From Amoebophrya sp. A120 (Eukaryota > Protista > Dinoflagellata): a DNA stretch of 64,000 nucleotides. Shown here one piece after another: positions 11,684 to 24,499 of the stretch. The position numbers and the translations under genes were made by a program. Numbering within the stretch: position 1 is the stretch's first letter; the number at the start of each line of letters is the position of its first letter. The stretch is taken from the NCBI GenBank assembly GCA_905178155.1, contig CAJINV010000001.1:5412757-5476756 (forward strand), written 5' to 3'. The notes below the pieces were generated by a model. It made no database searches and was not told the DNA's origin. It worked only from the letters and a program-made list of their open reading frames with translations.

Positions 11684-12601
11684 ATGGTGAGCCTCCTCAG
11701 TGTTCCAGAGCCGTTCAAGAACGGCGCTGCGGCCGGGATCTCGGTGGGATGCACGGTTGCGCTTTTTAACCAGATCGATACGCTCAAGATCCGGTGGCAG
11801 GTCTACAGCGGCAAAGACACGCTTGCGGGCTTGCTCCGCACGGTGCTTCGCGAGGAGGGCTACTGGAAGGGGCTGCACCGGTCCGGGTTGATCTGCAACA
11901 GTTGCAGCATGGGGTCGGCGAGCGCCATCCGCATGGGCCTCTACCCCTGGTTCCGGGAGCAGGCCGTCCGGCTGTCAGGAGCCGAGGAAAAAAATGCAGC
12001 GCACATGTTTCTTGCCGGGCTGCTACCGGGAGGCATTGGCTACTTCTTCGCGTCGCCGCTGTACCAGGCGAAAAACCGTATCCAGGCGGAGAACGGGCTG
12101 CTTTGCAGAGAGACCGGAATTCTGCTCACCGGCGCGCGAAAAGGGCAGCCACCGCAGTACCACGGCGTCGTGCACTGCCTCCGCTGCATTATCCAGGAAA
12201 AGGCGCTTTTTCGCGGTGCGTCCGCGATGGTCGGCCGCGGCGCGGCACTCACAGCGGGGCAGATGCTGGGTTACGATGGATTGAAAACGTACAGCTTGCG
12301 GCACGACCTGGCTGCCGAGGGCCCGGCGCTGCACGTGGTTGCAAGTTTGTCTTCCGCGTTTTTCGCTGCTGCTTGTTGCATGCCGTTTGACCAGGTGCTA
12401 GTGCGGTACCAGACGTTGCGCGACAAGCACAGTTCCGGGATATCAAACTGCGTCCGCTCGCTGTGGCGCGAGGAGGGTGTGCGTGGTTTCTACCGTGGGT
12501 GGCTGCCGCTGTTCTCCCGCTTCGGGATCATATTCTGCATCTACATGCCAGCGTATGAACAACTGCGTGCACGAGTTTTTTCTATCGGGTACTTCAAGTA
12601 G
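11684..12601 (+). CDS. Mitochondrial carrier (SLC25) protein, Oac1/SLC25A34-35-like
   Basis: Three carrier repeats with signatures QIDTLK, PLYQAK and PFDQVL; VLREEGYWKGL and LWREEGVRGFYRG; intronless, ~305 aa. The subfamily call rests on the PxYxxK second motif and is tentative. Confidence 0.9.
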   Translation: MVSLLSVPEPFKNGAAAGISVGCTVALFNQIDTLKIRWQVYSGKDTLAGLLRTVLREEGYWKGLHRSGLICNSCSMGSASAIRMGLYPWFREQAVRLSGAEEKNAAHMFLAGLLPGGIGYFFASPLYQAKNRIQAENGLLCRETGILLTGARKGQPPQYHGVVHCLRCIIQEKALFRGASAMVGRGAALTAGQMLGYDGLKTYSLRHDLAAEGPALHVVASLSSAFFAAACCMPFDQVLVRYQTLRDKHSSGISNCVRSLWREEGVRGFYRGWLPLFSRFGIIFCIYMPAYEQLRARVFSIGYFK

Positions 12602-13330
12602 ATGAAGCTGAGCAGACGTCCGAAAAAGCAACAAGGAGCGCGCGAAAGGAGACCGACGGGTGCGGAACGGGGCCACTCCGCGGAACGGGGATGTTGGGAG
12701 CGAACCCATGCCCGACGACGCGGTTTGGCCTTTTGTGGTTCAGGGACAAGAGTTTGGCAACATTGGTTGGGCGCGCGGGGTTACATCTGATCATGTACAG
12801 GTGGATCGCATGGATGTGTACGGATTGAAAATTCTGCGCAGGTGGAAGTTCTTCTCGTTGCGCCACTAATTCGTTCTTGGACGTGCAAGAAGCACTGCCT
12901 TATTTTAAGATTGCCTTGTAGAAGATCGTCAACGAGTGCTGTTGGTTCAGTTGTTCTATCTTTCTAGTTCAAGTAATAGTTGTGCGTTTGGAGTTTTGCG
13001 ATCTTGTACAGTGAGATCATCGTGGTCTTTGTTTTCTTATTCTTTTGCGTTTTTTCACCTTCTTTTGTGTGGTCCTACATGCATCTAAGTGCTCATGCGT
13101 TTGCTCTGTCGATCATGAAAATTGCGCTACTTCTGCTTGATGATCCCCGGGCTCATTATGAAAATTGGGATCGCAATTTTCAAAGCAACTAAAAGTCAAA
13201 ATAGACACGGGGGCACCAAAACTTGTACTCCAGTTTTGTTTCGTGTGCGGGTTTTTCGTGTGGCGGTGTGTGCTGTTTCTTGCGTTCTTTGCGTGCTTTT
13301 TTACAACAGCAGTAGAACTTGAGCACAACT

Positions 13331-14897
13331 ATGTGGTCCTCGTCCTCGTCAGTGCAAAGTTGCTCTAGAGGGCGAACCGGCTCTCGCCGGACGTCGACCC
13401 TGTTCCGTGTGCTGCTCGGGCTTGGGGCCGTGGCTGCACCACATGGTGGACCGAGTGTCGTGTCTGCGCAGGAGACGTCTGCACTGAAGAAAATGCAGCA
13501 GTTGCGCGACGAATCGTCGGACGGCGTGATTCGGTTTGACAGTCTGCAGGAGTACAAGAGTCTCGTCGCGGGAAGGCCGGACGACGAGCAGCACACAGTC
13601 AAAAACTACCACGTGATCCTCCTGTTCACGCTACCCGAGGGCAGCAGCCCCAAGTCCTGCCCCGCGTGTGGGCCGTTTCTGGAGGTCATGCGAAGGGTGG
13701 CGCCGTCGTACCTGGAGAAACCCGTGTTCTTCGTGCTGGTCCCCATGGGGCCAATCTCTCAGCTGCACTCCATCATGAGGGTACTTTTATGCGTCCATTT
13801 TGTAGACGAAGTTGTTTTCGGGACTGTAGACGAATTTTTGGCGTGATCAAGGTTTGATTTATTTCACTGAAGTATGTAGAGCGACGGCCCGAAGAATCTA
13901 TCAATCTTATTAAACAACCACCCTTCTTCACAGCTTCCGCAATTTGCGCACATAGGGACCACGTACAGTGGAACGTACGACGAGGGGAAGAACGCGAAGC
14001 CCTACACCCTTCAGCGGTTGTGGCCGGGATCCGACGAACCCAGCAAGTTTTTGCACTGGGTACAAACTAGTGTTGATTTCTGTTTCATCAAAGTCTTCTG
14101 TTGAATTATACAGGAAAAAACAGGCCTTTTATCGGCGTTTTGAAATTCACCCCAAAATGAAATTTTTACAGGTCAATTCAGCTACGGGGGAGCAGGCGCA
14201 GCTTGTGCGCACCCTCGGGGACCAGCTTACGAGTTTGGTCTTGCTGTTGTCCTTTTTCTCCTTTGTCGCGGTCGTCGGCCAGGCGGCGCTGAAGCTGTTG
14301 CAGCGGTTCCCCGAAATAATGGCGGCCGGGAGTCTGGTCATTGCGGCATTGGGGATGAGCGGGATTATGTACAACATCATCAACCAGAAAATGAACTTCT
14401 TTGGCATAACCCAAGCCGGCACGTTCGAACTGGTATACTAGACCGTTGTTGCTGTACGTGGTAATGATGGTGCGCCAAGAAATTTTATCATTTTAAATAT
14501 CTTTGGAATGGTGTACAACTTTTTGCGACTCAACAGCGCGGCACCGTGTACTACACTTCTACTACATCAAAAACAGATTCTTCCCTCATCCCGCGCGCAA
14601 CACTTGGGTGAAGGCATGCTCTTCGGGGTGTGCTTCGTACTCACTGGTAGCGGTTTTGCGTTCCTCGCCCGAACGCGCAGCACTATCAACGTGTATCTCC
14701 CGAGCCCACGGAGACGGGAGGAGCTGGCTCAGCGGACGCGACAGACGCTGATGGTCCTAAGTGCGTGCGTATTTATCATGTACTTCGTAGAGAGTTCCTA
14801 CAAGCAAAAGTCCGGGTGGCACATGGCAACGCCCTTTTTCCCGCCGAGCCATTTTAAAAGGGGCCCGGTTACCGTAGACCAGGGAACGTCTTTCTAA
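13331..14897 (+). CDS. OST3: Oligosaccharyltransferase OST3/OST6 (TUSC3/MAGT1-like) subunit; exons 13331-13780, 13934-14059, 14172-14432, 14577-14897
   Basis: Signal-like N-terminus, thioredoxin-like CPAC, four C-terminal hydrophobic helices and QHLGEG; the GT-AG introns join in frame. Confidence 0.8.
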
Positions 14898-15360
14898 TGA
14901 TTTCTATCAATTAAAATTCACCGATTTCTGCGAAAGTTGCGATTGCATCGTGCTACGAATTATTTTTGAATCTAGAAAGGATTCCTTCGGTGGCGCAGTT
15001 GCACCAGAACTTGAGAAATAGAAAATAAACTTGCGAAACCGATTCGTTGACCGTGGCTGATGCTAGTTTCTGAAGATTTATTCCAAATGTGTTACCAAGA
15101 TTCCTGCTCGTGTTTAGCCTTAAAAAGAAAGGCGACAGAGTGCATGATCCCAAAAGAAGATGTACAGTCGCAGGAGTGCAGCAAGGCGAGCGGAGCGTGG
15201 TGGTGACATATGAGAAGAAGCGCAACTTACCGATTATTGCAATAGTAGGCTCGTGAGCAAGCAAGCTCGCGACCGTACAAAATGGCGCGGGTTGTCGCGG
15301 AAATAAATCCACCATCCTCCTAGAAGAGGCGTTCACAACACGCGCCACACATCCGGCGGC

Positions 15361-18233
15361 ATGACGGGCTTGGGGCGGTGGGTGAGTTTCGCTCACCTGG
15401 GCGGGGCAGTGCTGGCCATCCACCATCGCGCAGCGGAGAAGAGACACGAAAAGAAGAAGGACATCGTGTTCCACATGGAACGCCCGACCTACACCATGCA
15501 CATGCAGCTCGTACCCGAGCCGCCGGCCACGCCATTACCGACTACCAGCGATGGCGCTGTCACGATTGAGGTACAATGATGTTTTGATGTGGTGGTTTTT
15601 TCACTTCACGTGGCGAAAACGTGTATACAACACGCCAACTTGGATTTTAATATCAATCGCGATGAAACGTAAAAACGCATAACACGACACAAAGGACGAC
15701 CCGACCCCGGTCGCGGAGTTCCCTACTGGCGCTATGTGCGGCGGCCTGGTACTGGATGGCCACATGATGGTGAAACCGGAGCTGGACGGAACCACCGGTT
15801 CGCTGCGCACGACCGCGAACGCCCTGCTCGCACAGTACCGCACGGCGGCCGGGCCGCAGATTCACCTTTCGTCCGGCCCCGTGGACCAAGGGGCCATCGC
15901 GAGCATCAACGCAGAGCTGGTGACGAACGCCGCAAACTTCATCCCCGACGGGTCCAGCAGCGTCCCCACGCACCTGCACGGCATGGGAACAGATAGCACA
16001 ACTGCAAGCGCTATCAACTGCAAAAATGTCTGGGTCTGGAAGATTGCCAGGTTTGTCATGCATATTTTGCAGGGCCCATGATGCCTTTGATGCATGATTT
16101 AGCATCACAGCTTTTTGAAGGGCTTCCTGATGCCTATTCCGCATGAGAAATGGCCTTTCCGCGCAGCAAAAACTGGCCTCCTCTTGCTGGTCATGCATCA
16201 CAAATTTTTTTGGAATCCGAAGACAGCATGATAGGCTACATCCTTCCAGGCCCAGACATTTTTGCATTTGATAAGCGCGGTCGCAGGCACGACCACGGGG
16301 TTCAACCAGGAATACGTCACGAAGAAAACGGTCGCTGCTCTAGCGGGAAAAAAAACTACCGCCGCGAGTCCGCCCATTTCGCGGTTTGTGATTTTGAACT
16401 GCGACAAGTCTGAGGTGCTTTACAACGTGTTGAGCACGAGCAAAAATGCCGACGGCAGCGGCGGCCCGAGCTTCAACTACGACATCTACGACGCACAGTT
16501 CCGAGCGTTGGTGGCAACAGGCAGGGAGAGCGCGACGGTCCCGGGGATGCTGGTCTTTGCGCTGGACGGAAACGAAATCGCACGAACGCAGACACCAGTA
16601 TAGGTTTCTGTGATTCTGTGTCACATGAGAAATGATAAGTGTTGCGCTTATTAAGTGTTGCGCTTTTGAAGTGTTGCGCTTAAGCGTTTCGGTTAGGCGT
16701 TTCGGTTAACCGTTTCGGTTAGGCGTTTCGGTTAAGTGTTTCGCTTAAGCGTTTCGCTTAAGTGTTTCGCTCGGGTGTTTCGGTTCAGCGCTGCGCTTAA
16801 GTAGTCCTGCGCCCCTTCAGAGGAGCGCTTAGGTGCCTCGCCATAGCGCTAGGGGGTCTCGCTCTAGAGCCTCGCCATAGGGTCTTGCCAGCATAGAGCC
16901 TCGCCATAGGCCCTCGCCGTAGTGCCCCGCCTAAGCGTTTCGGCTCTGGTTCGCTTATGTGGTCATGCGTGTCGCTTAAGTGCTTCGCCCCAGTGCTGCG
17001 CGTAAGTGCTTCACTCAAATGCCTCGCTTAAGTGCTTCGCCTAAGTGTTTCACCTACTTAAGTAGGTGCTTCGCGAAGTGTTTCGCTACGCGTTTCGCTA
17101 CGCGTTTCGCTACGCGTTTCGCTACGCGTTTCGCTACGCGTTTCGCTACGCGTTTCGCTACGCGTTTCGCTACGCGTTTCGCTACGCGTTTCGCTACGCG
17201 TTTCGCTACGCGTTTCGCTACGCGTTTCGCTACGCGTTTCGCTTAAGTGTTTCGCTTGAGACCTCAGGTGAAGTCTTGACTCGTTTAAGTAGTGCCTCGT
17301 TTAAGTAGTGCGTCGCTTAAGTAGTGCCTCGCGTAGCTAGTGCCTCGCTTAAGTAGTGCCTCGCTCAGGTGGCGCCTCGCTTATGCAATGCCTCGCTTGG
17401 GTAGGCCTTGCGAGCTGCCTCGCATAAGTCGTGCGTCACTTGAGTCATGCTTCGCCTAAGTCGTGCGTTGCTTAAGTCGCGCCGCGCTTAAGTCGTGCGG
17501 CGCTTGAGTCATGCCCCACTTAAGTAGTGCTCTACTTGAGTCGTGCGCAGCGTAAGTCGTGCGCCGCTTAACTAGTGGGCCGCTTAACTAGTGCGCCGCT
17601 TAACTAGTGCGCCGCTTAACTAGTGCGCCGCTTAACTAGTGCGCCGCTTAACTAGTGCGCCGCTTAACTAGTGCGCCGCTTAGCAGGTGCGCTTAAGTGG
17701 TGCCTCGGTTGATTTGTGAAAGCGTCAAACAAGCAAGGAAGCGGCGAGAAACTTTGTCAAAATAAAACAACAGCTTCTGAACACCAACTCGACTCTGGCT
17801 CCGGATAGCGGGCTGCTGCCGTTTGAACTTCTGTTTTCGCCCTCAAGTAACAACGAACTGCACATTGTGGCGAACCGCTGGATCATAAGTTTGGTGGTCG
17901 TGATGCGAAGCTTCATACTGTCCGAGGTACTTGTTGTGATTCCTGAGATCAGTAGATTGATGTTGGTGTGCGACTGTGTACTGGACAAGAAAAACGATTG
18001 ATATTGATCCAATTTTCAAACGCAACATTGATTAACAGAGAGCGCCGAACGCGCTGCAAAATTCGCTTGGCGAAAGCGGGTACAGGACTCTGGGTCTTGT
18101 TGCGACGATAGTGCTGCTTACAACCGCCGTTGGAGTGTGGTTCGGCACCCTCATCTCGCTCTACAAGACCGTTTACCCGGGCAAGGAGCGAGGCATGTGG
18201 GGCGCGAGGGGAATGGTGCTAGAGGAGAACTAG
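15361..18233 (+). CDS. Hypothetical signal-peptide / C-terminal transmembrane protein; exons 15361-15570, 15695-16011, 16279-16597, 17723-17926, 18039-18233
   Basis: All joins are in frame; the last exon encodes the TM segment LGLVATIVLLTTAVGVWFGTLISLY. An alternative model stops at 16603. Confidence 0.6.
16012..16273. mobile_element. Introner (family A), 262 bp, TSD AGCGC
   Basis: tatcaactgcaaaaatgtctgggtctggaag ... cttccaggcccagacatttttgcatttgata; removal gives TTASA|VAGTTTGF. Confidence 0.95.
16636..17700. repeat. Compound satellite: 13-mers, (TTTCGCTACGCG) x~13.5 at 17081-17243, 16-17-mers, (TTAACTAGTGCGCCGC) x~6-7 at ~17568-17682
   Basis: Directly visible tandem units rich in CTTAAG/TTAA. 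Confidence 0.95.
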
Positions 18234-19115
18234 ATGCGATGTTGCTCCCTGTTCCGAGGGCAAAACGGGAGTTCGCAAAAGTGCTGGCAGCCCGAGGCAC
18301 GTAGCGGTAGGCGGGGGAAGGAGGTAATACTTGCGCTGGTTGTGGATTGGTTCAGCCGTGGAACGACTTCGGGAAAGCACCGGCGTACTAACAGCGACAG
18401 AGCAAATCGTGTTAGGTGTACTAGCGCAGAGCAAATATACTCTTTGCGCATGTTGGTTCCATTTTTTTTCGAAACATAAGCAGCTTGGCTGTAGAATCTC
18501 TGTTTACTGTTTCTTTTTGTTTCGATCGCAACAAAACCAACATCAACATGTCTCTCAACGTACTTGCCGCCTTGGGCTAGGTGTTGCCGTCTGTCTTTGC
18601 GGTCACGGGCTGTGATGCTCGTTCCATCTGCGTTGTTCGAAGTACTCGGATTGATCCTAATGCTAATACAGCGAGCAGCACAGCTTTCCTAGAAGGATTC
18701 TTTTTACATACAGGATTTTCCTCCTCGGCAAATACATCAAATAGATTTGATAATTTCTAAACTGTTCCGCGACGAGCTATGCGCTAAAACCAATGTTAAG
18801 TAATGTCGAGATCAGAGAGGAGGTTTAGACTTTATGCGGGCCACGTTTCGGCCTGAAGGACTGGAGATTGAGATCTGATCTTCCATTGTAGAGAACGATT
18901 AGCTTTCGGTAGGAGTGGCAGTTATCTTCAATTTTGACGAGAACTACGGTCATCACTTTTTCAAGTAGCACCAATCATTCATTCTCAAGTGTACAAAACC
19001 ATCGGTCCGGTGTTGCGTTCGTAGGTCTTTGTGCGTCGTCTCTTGTTCGTACCGCTGTCCGTCCGCGCAGCTCTAACCGTTCGACGAGAGCCCCGGCGCC
19101 AAATCACCCGGCAAC

Positions 19116-22100
19116 ATGAAGGTAAGTTTTAACTTTTTATCATTTCGAAGGGGGCTACACGACGTTGTGTTGGTCTTGCTGAAGAACAAATGCTGTCATT
19201 GCATGAGTAACAAACGCCATTTTACTTTTTTGTCACTTTATGTACTACTCCCCAGGGCGGCGGTGCGTCAACCGTCGGTGGGAACCCGCGACCCCCGAAA
19301 GGCGGCGGTAAGGACCACTACTACGGGAATTCCCAGTCGTCGTCGGGACCGCGAGTGAACGAGCTGCACAACCGGAATAATAAGGCGTATGGCGCCAGTT
19401 TTTCTGGCGGCTCGCAAGGCAACAACATGATGAACCTCAACAATCCGCAGAACAATTTAACCCCCGGAATTTCCTCCCTCAGCGGAACCACGCACAGTGC
19501 CTCGAGCAGCTCGTCGGGGTTTGGCGGTGTTCAGCATCAGGGCGGATACAACGGCGGAGGTGCTGGGGGGTACAACCAGCAGAACTCCGGTGCTGGTGTG
19601 GGCAACAACACTATCGGGAATAATGTGAATGCGAACAACAATGCTGTTGGTGGAAACAACTCGTCCAATAACTTCGGTGGGAATAATAACAACAGCAGTA
19701 GCGCCGCGCAGAACAGTAGTTCCAGCTCCTCTGCGTCAAGCAGTAGCAGCACGATGCAGGTGAACCACAAGCGTCCTGACCAGCCGAAAAACCGCTTCCC
19801 GTATTTGAAGGACGGTCTCATGCTGCACGGGAGAATACGACGGATTTGCCTGAAACACAACTACGGCTTCCTTGCGAGCGAAAGCTGCTACGCCGATATT
19901 CTGTTCACACTCTCGGACGTGTTGCCCCCAGAAGCGAATGCAGACAAGGATAAAAAACAGGAAAAAACAAGTTCCTCTTCGTCTTCCAAAGACGCCCCAG
20001 CTGCAGAGGCAAAAACGCCCGAAAAGGATCGCGTCAGCCCGGAAGACAGTGTGTTGTCCTCGAAGTCGGCATGCAAAAATCCTGAACGAGCGGAAGAGGA
20101 GCAGAGCAGCGCCTGCACTGGAAACAGTAAAATTCTACCAGAAATAAAGGCAGTTGTTGACGCACCAGCGTGTTCCGATGCAAATGCGGGCGTGCTCTCG
20201 TTTCGGGAAAGCAGTAAGGGCTTTGCGAATCGTCCAAATGTGATTGACTTGACGAACAAAGACGCGCCGAAGAGCAGTGCTGGGTTTCCCGACGGTGTCG
20301 ACTTGAAAAAGGACGACGTTGTCAGCTTCCAGCTACAGGTCAGCGACCATAAAGTTACACTGGTGCTGGAATCGGCGCAGCGCCTAGGGGGTTCAGCTCA
20401 GACGAAGGATGGTCTTGCCGATGTTGAGCAAACCGAGAGTGTGCAGGCGACACCGAGATCGAACGTGGTTGAAACGGATAGTGCAGTAGTACCGCCAGCC
20501 ACCGCAGGAGGAAGCAAGGCGAAGAGCCCTGCTGCGAAAGGGGACGAGAATTCCAATTCCGCCGCACCTGCGGATGATTCTGCAGAAAGTACAGTTGCAG
20601 ACCCGAGTACCACGAGAACTCCGAAGAACACCACCAGCCCGGGTGGACAGGGCAAGCAAAAAGAGCAGGACCCAGCTGCGAAAGCCACGAACACGCCGGC
20701 CTTGCTGCGTATTGGCGCCTCCACGAGTGCGGAAGCTGCGTCTTCGTTTCTCGGCAGTGTGGCGCATTCTGTCTCCTCTCCCCTGGTCGCGGGTGCGTCC
20801 GGCGCGAAACTCGAGGAGGCTGCTGCGACTGCGTTTGTGATTCCGCCCCCTGCCGCTCCGGCGGTGATCGAAACGACTGTGAGTACGCAGTCGGAGGCGC
20901 GAAGCTCGGAGGTGAGTGCAGTAGGAGCGTCGATTTCGGAGGATGTGAAAAATTTCGTCGTGGATGCCACTGTACCTGCAGAGAAAGGAGCGGCGGAAGT
21001 GGATGATGTTGAGCAGCCGGAAAAGATCGTTGCTCCAAGCTCCTCCGCCAGCGGGTCGAAGATCGCAGCAACCACCACCGACGAACCGCCCGCCGCGACC
21101 AGTTCGGGCGCGGCCTCCTCCAGTTCCGTCGGCCAAGAGCCGGGCAGCGCACGCTCGTCCTCCGCGTGCTCTTCCTCCGCCGAGAGTAGCAGCGGCGTGT
21201 CCTCCATCGACATCAGCCGCATCATTCCTATCGGAAGCAAGCAGCCGCCGCCCCCGATCAGCACCAGTCTGGATCCCAGTCCGGCGTTGCAACTGCACCC
21301 GAACAGCGCGTCTTCTACCGGCGCAGGTAGCTCGGCAATCGTGCCGACCCCGGGCGGTGGCGCCATTTCCTCCAAAGCCGCATTTTCATCCACCTCGCAG
21401 CACCAAACCCCGCGGCTGGCCGGCACCACTGCGGCTAGCTCCGCCTCCTCCAGTGCGGCGCTCACCACCACGCCGAACGGGACAACGATCACGAAGGCTG
21501 TCCCCCAGCAGTCTCCTGCGCTACTCACGGCCACCAATGTGCGGAAGTTACTCTCTGACGCCGACGTGCCGAAATCCGATGTGAACGGCGATGGACTGCA
21601 GCAAGGGAAAGCGCGCCCAAAGCCGCACTTGAACCAATTGCACCAGCCCTACAACTACGGCTACGGGTACCAGGGCTACCCCCAGGACGGGCGAGGGCAC
21701 AAGTGGGACAACAACTGGGACAAGAAGATGGGGACGGTGTTGCCGACGGAAGAGCTCTACAGCTGCTCGAATGTCCTCGTGCGGAACGCCGAGCTGGCCG
21801 CCGAACCGGCCGTGGAAATGTCGGTGGGGGCGCACCTGACCCGGAGCATGGATGCGAGCTACGACCCGAGGGCAAATAACTATCGCGGTGCGGGGGCTGC
21901 GGGGGACAATTCTCGTGGTGGTCAACATGGCGGGGGCTACAACCAGTCGGTACTAAGGTTTTTTCTTGTTTTGCACGCAGAGTCGTCTGCAGTGCTTGTA
22001 TAGTCTTGTTAGATGCGGTTATACGAGGGAGTACCCGCAGTTGCTCCTCTGTTACGTAGCTCTAGACACCGCAAATAAAGAACTTCTGTTCGTCCAGGTT

Positions 22101-24499
22101 GGTGGCGCGTCGGAGGCTGCGAGTCAGGTAGCAAGTTCCGAGGCGGATTCCTCACGCAAGGGCGGCGCCTTCGCTGGCTCGGGTTCAAGTGCATCCTCGA
22201 CAAACAACGTAGAAATACTGTGCCTGCTGTCATCCTGAAGACACATCAGCGTTTTTTGTACGGCCTTGCCACAACATGATGAGCAGAGTACTCTAGCTTT
22301 GTGAATTTATTTCAGGACCATAATCCTTGATTTTCTCGATCTTTGCATTATTCCTGTGAAATAAATCAGGCGGCGCATAGCAAGAAGACTGCACTGTCTG
22401 CATTGGAAACCGCATCGTCAGCGCCAGCGATTCGACCGGCGAGTGCGAAGAGTAGCAAGCCGCCAGAATTTGGTGAGGGCGAAGGTAGAAATTTGTTGGA
22501 ACAAGTCGTGATGAATTTATCGTTGGACGGAAGGGAGTTCTTGATATGACTGCTACTTCCCCATGTTTCGCAGCAAAAAGTACGGCAACTGCGCTTTTGC
22601 AAAGTGCAAAAACACTTTACAGCAGCAGCTTATAATCGTGGCAGCGAGGCGGGAGGATCCTCGGCCTCCAGCAGCTCCGCCGAATTCGTACCGCCACCAA
22701 GGCAGGTAGAGCTTCTTTTCATCAAGATTTTTGTGAAGATAAAAAGTAACATGTGAAAAAGCATCCCTTTAGAATTAGACTTCCACCGAATTATGTACAC
22801 AGGACGAACTGAAAATCAGGAAAAAGGAAAATAAGCTGAAACTCGCGTAAGTATCTCGCGAGAGCTTTGTGCGATGAAAATAATCTTCTTGCAGGGCATC
22901 TCTCCCCAGTATGCGGCGTTCAACACGACAAAGGCGAACATCAGCAATGTCATCAACCAGCAATTCATGCACCAGCAAATGGGCGCGCAGCGGAATCGCG
23001 GCTCGTCGAACGCAAACGCCGTTCCGCCGAACAAGCCGAACAGAAGCATGAGTGATCAAGCGCAGGTACTTTTTACAACCTTTGCTGATTTTTTTCAAAT
23101 GTGTTCTTGGACCCGGAGAGGTTCAAGAACCTGTGTAAGTACATTTTGGTGTTTATTGCGGATGAACAAAAATCTTCAGCATGATTATCATCACAGGTCA
23201 CCCCCAGCACAGCCGCAATCCCGCAGCAGGATGTTCGGGGCGCAGTGACCCAACTGGTGGATCCCGCCAAGGGAAACTTTGTCGCCCCAGTTCCCACCGG
23301 GCCGACGAAAATTCTGTTGCAGGGCCTGCACTGTTTCGTCGATTTCAAGGTTGAGGAGTTGACCATGAAGATCATGAATAACGCTCCCGCGGTAAAGTGA
23401 TTTGTTACTTCAGATACGTGTTTTAGTTTTTTCCTGATGCACAATCAAGAGCGGATATCGGGCTTCGGAATGAGAAGTGGGATAGAAGATTATGTACGCG
23501 ATCATTTTTACGGTATGATCTTCATCTTCCATGTGACTAAAAGACTTCCACTTCGTGAAAACCTGTATTATGCAACACTACAACAGAGCGTTAACGCAGC
23601 GGCTGCCATTGATCACGATCCCACCACTGAGCCAGCGCAAGTCGGGAGCTTGTTTGCAGTGAATGTGCTACAGCTGGCGCAAGAGGTCCAAGCGCACCGG
23701 ATCCAGCAGCAAACGCTGTTTGAGGTACGAAAAGCGTTTTCTTCATCACACTAATGCTTCTCGTGATACCAGAACTACAACTACTCTACTTCCTAAAAAG
23801 AAGGAAAAACCCTATGAAACCCCAATGAAATTCATTATACCCAGGCCGAGCGGCAGCGCGCTATACAGCAGCACAACGAGATATCCAAGAAAAAAACTGT
23901 GTTAGTGTAACTTTCTTTGGCTGACAGCATCACAAATTTGCTCTACATGACAGAGAAAACCTGTCATGCGTGGCTTGTAAGGGAAAATACACACGAAAGA
24001 AGGACTTCATGGCTGTGTGGCATGACAGGTGTAACTCTATTGCATGTTCTGCATTACAGAGTTACACTTGCACAGTTTTTTTCTTGCATACGAGAACTTG
24101 ATGCGGCAGCAGCAGAGCCTGATGCGGCACCATATCAAATGCAAATATGTCTGGGTCTGGAAGAATACGCGATTTGTCATGCACCTTTCCCATGACCCAT
24201 GAGGTCTGGAATGCAGGACCTAGCATGACAGATTCTGTGCGATGTCTCTCATACCTATCCTGCATGAGAAACTCCCTCCCGACTTGGTCAAAACTGGGCG
24301 ACTTTTGGTAATCATGCAACACAGATTTTTGCATGCTTCAGATTTGGCATGACAAGTTGCATTCTTCCAGACCCAGACACTTTTGCATTTGATACACCAG
24401 TCCATGGAGCAGCACCAGGCGACGACTTCGGAGTGGATTCCGAACACCGGCGCTCCGGACTGGTTTCCGCCCGCCATGGAAAACACATTCTTTGGATAA
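19116..24499 (+). CDS. Large low-complexity multi-exon protein with a cold-shock (OB-fold) domain; 6-nt first exon ATGAAG
   Basis: Exon 19116-19121 splices (GT-AG) in frame to 19256. GRIRRICLKHNYGFLASESCYADILF resembles CSD RNP1/RNP2. The last exons join through two introners as AERQRAIQQHNENLMRQQQSLMRHQSMEQ...NTFFG*. Middle exons are not all resolved. Confidence 0.7.
23882..24090. mobile_element. Introner (family B), 209 bp, TSD CGAGA
   Basis: tatccaagaaaaaaactgtgttagtgtaac ... gttacacttgcacagtttttttcttgcata; frame restored. Confidence 0.9.
24133..24394. mobile_element. Introner (family A), 262 bp, TSD CACCA
   Basis: tatcaaatgcaaatatgtctgggtctggaagaat ... attcttccagacccagacacttttgcatttgata; frame restored. 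Confidence 0.95.

Noticed and set aside
16980-17308. ORFs of (FATR)n and (FRYA)n
   Set aside because: Translations of the 12-bp satellite.
20398-21537. 379-aa minus-strand ORF
   Set aside because: Antisense shadow of the + strand low-complexity gene.
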